Shown here in pieces: positions 54,807-64,000 of a stretch of DNA of 64,000 bases (position 1 is the first letter of the stretch; each line of letters opens with the position of its first letter). The stretch covers positions 62,001 to 126,000 of the forward strand of contig CAJNYD010000133.1 in the NCBI GenBank assembly GCA_905331295.1. The letters are read 5' to 3'. Source of the stretch: Rotaria socialis (taxonomy: Eukaryota). The notes under the pieces are model-generated. The model was not told where the DNA came from. It saw only the letters and a program-made list of their open reading frames with translations, and searched no databases. Made by a program: the position numbers and the translations under genes.

Positions 54807-55498
54807 TATACCAATACCCACACCCTAAAATTATTGTCAGAATTATCAAAAAACGCTTTCAGTGCAATTTCTGCGAACTTAACATGTTTCGAAAGCTATA
54901 TGTGATATCGCTTCAACATCTACGTGCACACTGTCCAAAACCACATTTTACTACGACAAGATTAAAGTGGATATGAGAACCTGTAGGTTACTGCTAATAT
55001 GAGCATGATAATTCATGTTTACGTTTCTAGCCCGAGTCAGCTAGTGCTATATCAATTCTTCTCTTCGTGTGACAAGACAATCTCGCGTTTCGATTCCAAT
55101 CAGGAACTACATCCATAAACGATAGTGTGAGCTGAGCGACCATCATATATGATGAATTCGAATATCTCAGTTTTTAGTTCCAAGCAAAACTTTATCCCAA
55201 AAATTCTTGAGCTTCAAAAAATGCTTACCTTTGTTAAATAGCAAACAGATATTTTTTCTTCCTGATAATGAATAGAACGAAGAAAACAGTAATAGATAAG
55301 AGCTACTTAAAGTTGTTGTATCTTTTTATTTTTGCATAGACGAAAATAACCAAGGATATTTAAGTAAACTTGTCGAAAAAGATGGTAGAAGGCACGGTTT
55401 AGATTTCAATGGGGTTCACATGTTAAGTTCGCAGAAATTGCACTGAAAGCGTTTTTTGATAATTCTGACAATAATTTTAGGGTGTGGGTATTGGTATA
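54807..55498. repeat. 81-bp perfect inverted repeat pair (54807-54887 / 55418-55498); TIR element or gap-edge artefact
   Basis: Exact reverse complements; the left copy begins immediately after the N at 54806. Confidence 0.75.
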
Positions 55499-56036
55499 GG
55501 TGTATATGAGTGTTTGTAACTGTGGCTGACGTTTAGGTTGTTGTTTGGATGTTGCTGCCAAGCTTTGGGGTCCAAAAGATGATTTTCTTTACTGGCTTTA
55601 AGTTTTGTTAGAAGTTCATAGTATCTGTAGCCGTGCTCATTTATTTGGAGAGGAAATGTTTGCTGGTTTAGTAATATTTTGCATCTTTACGCATAGTCAT
55701 TTGGACGCCCTTACCTAGTTAAACAAGGGTTTAAAAAAATCGTTTTAGCGCAGTCCGATGGAGACTAAACTACGGAGCTCAGATGTTATGAAATCTATAA
55801 TATGGATCACTGAGGTAGATACTGACTAAATAGAGGGTGTGGTCTGATGAAATCAAACGATACCCAATCGCACTCACACAGTTAGTATAACGCCATTATA
55901 TTGATTGAGGTTCATTAATAAGATATTTAGTAGATCTAATTTTACGTTACATGTCATTTGAAGAAGATACAGTAAGCATTACAATGTTTGTCACGAGATC
56001 ACCACACTATAGGCATATAAGATATTTAGGAATAAG

Positions 56037-57126
56037 TTATTGAGAACAACCGAGGCCAATTGATACGAGTAGACAATATCCGAATTGAATAGCAATACTT
56101 TTATTAGATATTAGACAGAAATGTCTACTTGCAACTGCCTCTGTCTTGTTTCGTGTCGTAGAACTATTAGCGGTTTCTTCTCGTCCACTTGATCGTGGCC
56201 AACATTTTATGACAAGCTGTGTGAAATCTCGATGAAAGGCACTTGGTGCAAACACGTAAATATAAAAAGATGCTGTATGGTTCGTTATAAAGAGAAATAT
56301 TGCCATATAAACGATAGGAAGATTTCAATCTGGATGCTTTAGGACTTTTATTGCTGTTCTTGTAATCGGTCACTACTACCTCTATAAAAAAAAAAAGGCA
56401 CGAATAAAAACCCATTGTCAAAACATAGACAGCGGCTTCGGCAAGTAGCATCACTAGCAATGACTGATCCCGACAATAAAGATTAGTATTAGGACGATTA
56501 TTAATATGTCTGTTTTCAGTTGGACGTACAATCGTGTGCAATCGTCTTGCATTGCGATAAGCCATATATCCAAAAACTACCATCACTGCTAGTTGAAGTG
56601 AGCCAAGACAAATCACTGTATATGCAGTGTAAAAAGGAAAATAAAGTCCATACTGGCGACAATTTCCATTTTCGATGGTTGTCAGGATCGCTATATGGCT
56701 GGGAACAATATGCATAATAACAGAAATGCTGATAATTAGGAATCGTGTTGTTGACGGCTTACTGAATGTTCGAAATCGAGCATTCATGCTTGTCAATGCA
56801 AAGCGGTCGATACATACTACTGCAATGAAGTATCTTGCCATTTGGCCCAAGATGTGACCCAAATAATAACGTAATTTGCAAAAAATTAACGACCCCGTAG
56901 TTGGATCACCATAGTAAATAGTATAGAAATAGAGAATAACAGAACATGTGATATAAACAATGTTGATTACTGCTGCACTCATCAAATACATCGAACAAGA
57001 ATTCTTGCGATTCTTTTTGAAAATAATAATCACAATAGTGTTGCTGATTATGCCCAGAAACAAGATGGGTGTCATTCCGTAGAGAGTGAATTAAGTTTCT
57101 AAGAGCTGAAATACTGCTAATGGCAT
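56037..57126 (-). pseudogene. Intronless rhodopsin-like 7TM receptor, disrupted
   Basis: GIISN (TM1), CSMYL, FCKLRYY, CIDRF (DRY-like) and, in a second frame, NHTASFYIY..F (TM7). In-frame TAA at 57093-57091 after ATG 57126, and a frameshift between ~56400 and 56310. Confidence 0.8.
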
Positions 57127-57529
57127 GCTTTACTGTGTCTCGTAAACTGGTGACTGGTTATGTACACAACGTATTGTGTTTTGTAGGTTTATTTTGATTT
57201 TTAACTACCGAAAATGAAGAACAGAAAAAAATCCTTGCTCAACTAATGTTTTAATTAATTTGGAAAAAAATCAAAGGGTGAGGATCTCATTTTTCTCCAG
57301 TGCAATTGAAGCCAAGTAAAGCTCAGTCATAATTCCTTCAGGCAAAATACCCATTTTACTTATATATAGTCTTTTGTAGTTTGAAAGCTATTATATTAAT
57401 CCGCTCTGTTATTTTTTGGCTCTTTAATTTAAAGAAAAGCCTATATTGACCGTAAAAAAATCATCCCGCGAAATTAGATAAGCGAGAACAAGTTGTTTAA
57501 TATTAATTATCACATATTAGAGGAGGAAG

Positions 57530-57960
57530 AATGGAAAATGCTGAAAAGAAAATTGTAGAATAGTGAAAATGCCGAAAGACAGAATAATGAAAAAGAAAAC
57601 GGCACAACAGCAATTGAAAAAGTTCGAAAGAATATGATAGAATACATAGATGCCCACTATATATATATATACATTTTTCCTTCTCATATATTATTGGCTG
57701 TTACATCACTAATTCGATTCTTCTATCTTCATGTCATTTAAAGTCATTTCATTTAATTTCGCTCACAATAAACTGAATAGTTAGTTCATCATGGTCACTG
57801 CATCGAACGTCGTGTCTGTAGGTACAATACTAACAACAAATTTCAATGTTTCATTTTTAACATCAAATAAAGGAAACCCATTACTGGTATACAACAAGTA
57901 TGTATTCAGATGCAATAAAACAATATTAATAAAGAAATATTGGTCATATACGTGACTTGA
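57530..57960 (+). mobile_element. MULE/Mutator-like element remnant (FLYWCH-type N-terminus)
   Basis: 57851-57950 reads SFLTSNKGNPLLVYNKYVFRCNKTILIKKYW, preceded by short aaaatgc(c/t)gaa subterminal-like repeats. Confidence 0.55.
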
Positions 57961-58800
57961 CTGTGAATGAATTCTTATCGATCACAGCAGTAACAGTAAC
58001 TGCACTTCCAACTGTTATTGAATTTTTTATGGATTCTTTGAACAAAATCATTAAACACGATCGTGACCTAATTTTTCTTTTATTAGGATCGAATCTAAGC
58101 AAAATTCGATGTTGATCGTATTATACATTATCATGTAGTTATTGTTCATCATATAAAAACTAATAATATAAATTAATAGAGTTTTCGACTCAAATATAAG
58201 CCATGATCAATATTTTTAATGCTATTAAATATTCCAATTTTATTTATATAGTATATTTCTTATGATTAGATTCCATTGCTATTTGATTTTCTTTTACATT
58301 TATACTATTACCATGAAGCACAATAGGTTCATTACAAATTGCTTAAAATATTGATAATGGCTCATGTTGGTTGTGGGTGAGAAGTAGATTCAAAATCAAT
58401 ATTCTTTATTGTAAAAATAAATAATATGAAATGTATAACGGAAAAATTTGTCAATAAAAAAGACTGTCACCCAATGTTCATCTTGTAGCTTAATAAAGAA
58501 TATGACGAATGAAAAATGCAAAGGTTTGATTTATTTTACCAAATATATTTATACATTCGTCAAAAGTTAAGTGAGAAAATTTGCTCTAAAATTTACTGTT
58601 TTTTAAAGAGAGCAAATGAAAATTTTCTTGAAACCAACAATATTGGATTCGCCCAACCTTGGTCTGAGCTGTCGCAAGTGATTCTCACGGTTTAGATTTT
58701 TTGAATATCAATCAGGTTTGAAAATAGTTTTCATTTTATTTTTACACATCACTGACGACAAAATAGTTTAAATAAAGAGTTAAAGTTTAAAAACTGATGT

Positions 58801-61800
58801 CTATTTTGGAATGGCTGTGGCCACAGTGGCGATATTTAAATTGCCTCGGTCTTGTCTCAGTGCTGATAATTTTACTGGTAGTTTTTGTTGTGGAAGTTCG
58901 CAGTCGATTACTCCATGAGCCACATTATCCAACCCACGGATTTGTTGATCTCGACTGGTACGAATGCCAATTGTAAAATGCATAGGTAGCAGAATAGCAG
59001 CTGTGCATGCCACTGAAAATGCGCTGGTGATCAAAATTCCAGCGACTTGATACCACAATTGAACTGGATTGCCGTATAATGCGCCATTATTGACCTTACT
59101 ACTTACATCCGTCTGACAAAATAGACCAGTTAGGAGACTACCAATCAAACCACCCACCCCATGGCAGGTAAACACATCGAGAGAATCGTCAACATGAAAA
59201 AATCGGTTCTTTCCTAGAAGAAACAGGTAAACGATAAAGCCACCGATTAGACCCATTAACAGAGCATATCCGGGCTGAACGTAGCCAGCAGCTGGTGTTA
59301 TAACAACAAGTCCGACAACAACAGCCGAACATGTACCAGGAATCGAAACAACACCAAGACTTTGACCTGCCGCTTTGCCACATATGATATCTAGAATAAT
59401 CCATATAACAATGCTCGATGCAGCTGCTACATTCGTGTTGACAATGGCTAATGAAGCAATGCCTATAAAACGAAATTCAGAAAGTCGGTTTGGATAGTGA
59501 AAAATAAAGTTTATTTTTGTAAAAAGTGTTCTCTGATTAGTGTAACCTCTAATGTGACCATATTTTATCTCGCGAGAATAGTTTTATAACAACTTTAATG
59601 TGCTCAACTTTGAGGAAAATATTCAGCTAAACATATTTTCTTCTTTTGTTTTGTGTTCTCGTAAAAAATATCAAAAAGAATCATGGCAAGATATACTCGA
59701 GCTCAATATTTCATACCGTTTGCGGCAAGTGCTGATCCTCCATTAAAACCCATCCAACCAACCCAGAGCATGCCAGTACCCAACACAGTAAAAGGAAGAT
59801 GTGTTTGACCTGTTTTCAGTGCGTCCGGATCGAAATCTGAACGTGGGCCCAAAATAGTAGCAACAGTCAATCCCGATATACCACTGGCAAAATGAACAAC
59901 CATACCACCAGCAAAATCGATTGTACCCATTTGGTTGAGCCAACCTTGATTAGAAAAGATCCATCTTGCCAATGGATCATAGCATAATGTTGACCAAAGA
60001 AAAACGAATATCATGTACGGTATGAGTTTCATTCGGCCAACTACAGCACCGCTGATCAATGCTACAGTGATGATAGCAAATGCACATTGATAAGCAACAA
60101 ATGTTAATGATGGAATTGTTAGTGCCTTTGTTGGGTCCGGATTTTCACCATAGAAATTATTAAGGCCAAACGAACGCAGTACACCGTTGTTGAACGAGCC
60201 GAATACTGAATTTCCGGAACCAAAGGTAAACGAATAACCGAAAAGACACCATTGAACTGGAATAATTGCCATGCAGACAATGGATAGAAAAAATTGATTT
60301 AAAAAGTTTTTGCTTTCAACAAGCCCACCATAGAAACAGGCTAAACCTGGCGTCATCATATACACTAAAGCGGTCGAGGTCATCAACTAAATCGAAAGAA
60401 AGCAGCATAGCTAGTCGAACAAATCACCGATAGAAATTTAAATGAGCTATAATATTATTTTCTAAAATCACTAGACATGCGCTGATTAGTAGTTGATAGA
60501 TTGTGAAAACTGAACAGGAAAACTGATTATAACATAGAAATAAAAATACATCGTTTTTATAATCCCAGAAAGAGCTAATAGGATTCATATTTCATCAACG
60601 TCCGACTGCTGTCCCACTAAAACAAAATGGGATTATACGGAATAAACTTCATTGGAGACAATTCGAAGGATCATAATCAGAGGATATAATTTCTCTAGTC
60701 ACCAAATGGAGATTTGCAACTTTGCTGTTAATTTAAATTTAGAATAAAATGAAATGCGAAAACTGCCACTTGCCACGATTATGTCATTCCTACCATACGA
60801 TACGAACAAGCAAAAACTTGCAACGTTAAACACATTCCCACTATTCTCTAAATGTAATAATACGCGTCTATATGGAAAATTAGATTGCGCACACGAGGCG
60901 AAAATTGAGGAATTAACAATATTCCATTACGAATCTCGATTTTTCGCTGATGAACTGTCACAGATCTAACAGATAATGCTATAGCATAATGCCTGTTGCG
61001 TCTAAAAACCATCTTTATACGGCTAACGTTCTGGTTTCGATATAAGGTGATGGTTCAGTTAAATTTGTTTGATGAAGGAATGAACCATATATGAAAAGCA
61101 TTATTTGATGAACAAGGGCATAACACGGTTACGGTACATTTTATATAAAATTTCCTAAATTCAGAACTCTCAAAAGAAAATCCCCATTATATGATGAGAA
61201 AAATGATATCATCTCATTATCCACAAATGTAAGAGTGATTTAAGGAAACACAATTTGTGGAAAATGGTATCCATATGAACAGTACCAAAAATGAAGACAG
61301 ACGCTATAATTTCCGATATTCAAATTTTTTTCTAGATACTTCGTAGAAAATTTTGACGCTGCTAATAAATAGTCATGCATGATATTTCTTGACACTAAAA
61401 CATAGGCAAAATGAAAACGATGAATATTATAGTTGTTCCACAGCTCTGCCTACCAGTCTTCTTCTAATTCACAGGAAATATATATAATTGATCTCGTATG
61501 ATCAGATTCAAGGATCGATTTATAATACAAATTTGATAGCAGGAGTAAGTCCAGTAAGATCCACTATTGGACCTTCACAACAACTCTCGGTTATAATCTG
61601 ACATTTATTCTTGGTTTAGACCAAACGCAGTCGGCTTTTCACGAGATATAAACTATACTTTCGTTTTTCTGGTATTACGAATATAAGCTTGTTGGATATT
61701 ATCTTGAGCCAACAATTTAAACAAATCAAAAGGGCTATATAATGAACTACCGAACAAGTTATGTCATTAGATTGTTGCTCCAGTGAAATAGGTCGAAAGG

Positions 61801-62224
61801 TCACGATGCACTAATGATCTATTCTACTCGAGTGAATGTCGTTTCTGGCATGAAGCACGGCAATGTGTTTAACATATGATGCAGACACGAAAATGAAATC
61901 TTGAGAAAATACCTGCCTTGCACTATTTTCTACTTTGCTGTTGCCATTTTAAAAGAAGGCAAAACGCGTACAAATACTTCATCTACCTCATAACTCGCTC
62001 TTGATCGTTTGTATTGGACCAAATCTTTCAAAAGTTTTGTTATCATAACCTGATTGATGTCTAGTTTGTAATCCTAATCTGCAACCGTAAATGAGTCTCA
62101 GCAACCCATAAATCGAGTATTGTTTCTGGCACACGGCTCACTCTCTAAAATTCTTGTCCATTATTGTGGAAAAAACATTTCTTACCCATGCATTGTCTCC
62201 AGATATAAGCGTGGCGTTGTCCAT
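58801..62224 (-). CDS. amt: Ammonium transporter, Mep/AmtB (Amt2) type, ~456 aa, 3 exons (62224-62186, 60386-59717, 59462-58801)
   Basis: GDNAW|LMTSTALVYMMTPGLACFYGG, FAIITVALISGA, IDFAGGMVVH, LWVGWMGFNGGS, GLVVITPAAGYV, DDSLDVFTCHGVGG (both conserved His). Exons join in frame (1371 nt). Confidence 0.93.
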
Positions 62225-64000
62225 TTTGTTGTGTATCGATTCAGAGATTAGAAAATGTAATGTCACTCAGTTAACAAAAAAGTAATATAAGTGGATGAAG
62301 AAGCTAATTCTGCATCTGCTATTTTATACTGTTTTGAAAAGCTCTCTCCTTCTTTCTTTCTCTCTTTATCCTCGTTGAATCTTACTTGTTGTTTCGGCAT
62401 TTTTCATGAAGATAAAATGAGTTGCTAATGATGCCCGATTTTTTTACTTATTTTAAAATGCATTTCCTGTGAGCATGATCTTACAACATAAGTGTTTAAT
62501 TAGCTGCAATTTTCTAACATATCCGTTCGATGGAAGGCTAGATAGCATTTAAGGGGAGTGTCGTTACTACCACTGCGAAACAGTATGAAGAAAAGAGTGA
62601 TAATATGATGATAAGAAAAAATGCAATGAGATGAATATGGGCGTGTCTTATCGAATCTCAACAGGTGTTCTTTCACAGATTTCCGCAAGACTATTTTGGA
62701 TGACAACTAATACCTTGGTAAAAAAATATCATCCCTCGTAAAATTCATATCACCATTTTTAAACTTAGCAAATACGCAACCACCATTAATTTTCTTCAAT
62801 CTTTTCCAAAAACGAGCCAATATTTAAATCTAAACAAATACATTTGTATTCATTTGTTTCCAATGATCATGGTGGAACGTTAATTCAAAATAGCGCATTC
62901 GTTGAAATTAGTGACTATATAATAAAAATTAAACAGCGACAAACTCGTTGATTTAGAGTTTATAATTTTGACTGTAAGTGAGAATGTGATATAATAAGAT
63001 CATCTACTGTTCATCTATCTACCAGTATCATCAAACCAACTGAATCACTATCTGATGAACATGAATCTATGCTTCTTAGCAAATGAATGGATAAATGTTC
63101 CAGCAATTCTTTTGTTTCATCTATACTTTTGTTTTAGTTTAGTTTTATAGAAAGATATAAGATATTTCGATGACAATAAAATTTAAACTCATCAGCTGAT
63201 TCCATTATGGAACTTTGAAGATTTATGTGAGTGTGGGTGAATGAAAGATGCGCCCGCGCTCACACTATTTATTTCATATAATCACTACAGACATGATACG
63301 AACATTTATACATTATAATACTCGAGATTTTCATTCGTCTTGCTATATAAGAGTATCTCTAACCATTGCTTGATATTCATTCTCGTCAAATGAGAGAGCT
63401 TCTCGCCATGTTTCTCTAAGACGAAATGCGTCATGTTATGTTTTGAATCTATTTAAGTCTATATAGTACACCTTCACGCACTCACAGCTTTTTTTTTAGT
63501 TTTACTATTAAAGCATCAGTTTATTCTTGTCGAACTCATACATACTTTCGAACAAAAAAATATAGTGCGTAAGTTTAAAGGCGAAGTTGTAGCGATTATC
63601 TAGCTCTATATTACCGACCATAGTAACGAAGGTGCTCATCGCAAACAACCCATCTCTCTCTCTCCATTCTCATTACAGACTTGAGCAGTACAATAAAAAA
63701 AACAGGCACCAGATATTGTAAAATCTTTTTCAGAATACAAGTCCACTTACAAATTAAAAAATAATAATGAAGATAAAGGAAATGTGCGTGTTCCACATTG
63801 CAGTCAGATGCAACTGCGCGAATAAAACATTTTACAGTTTGATCCTACAAGAATTCTGCGCATAGTGTTTTTTTTATCTTTCAAATATCGGTAAATTTTT
63901 GACGGTAGCCAAACTGGCATTCGTATTTCATGGTGGCTATCAGATCATTTTAAATTTGTTATAACGATTCTGTCTATATAGCTGATGAATTCGAATTCTG

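Overview
AT-rich eukaryotic (animal) genomic DNA with short GT-AG introns, mostly 50-65 nt. The gene content (an F-box/LRR gene and a 7TM gene of types expanded in bdelloids, a divergent Argonaute, several genes resembling bacterial or fungal families) best fits a bdelloid rotifer; this is an inference. I assembled spliced models by hand for: a papain-family C1 protease without signal peptide; a U-box/transmembrane/2x beta-sandwich protein; an 826-aa Argonaute; an F-box/LRR gene; a GH31 glycosidase; a tandem-PDZ gene; a secreted phage-tail-collar-domain protein; an intronless fungal-type MFS transporter; a GH35 beta-galactosidase-like gene; a 7TM pseudogene; and a Mep/AmtB-type ammonium transporter. 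There are remnants of Tc1/mariner-, MULE- and Helentron-type elements. The most striking structures are (1) an ~11.9 kb array of ~128 highly diverged 93-bp units at ~17090-29010, starting ~4.8 kb upstream of the Argonaute, (2) the Argonaute itself, with an H-x3-K 5'-end pocket and an apparently intact DEDD tetrad, and (3) a ~560-bp near-perfect hairpin. Four genes carry isolated disabling lesions. Three duplications next to single N bases look like assembly artefacts. All family assignments come from motif recognition only; no searches were run.
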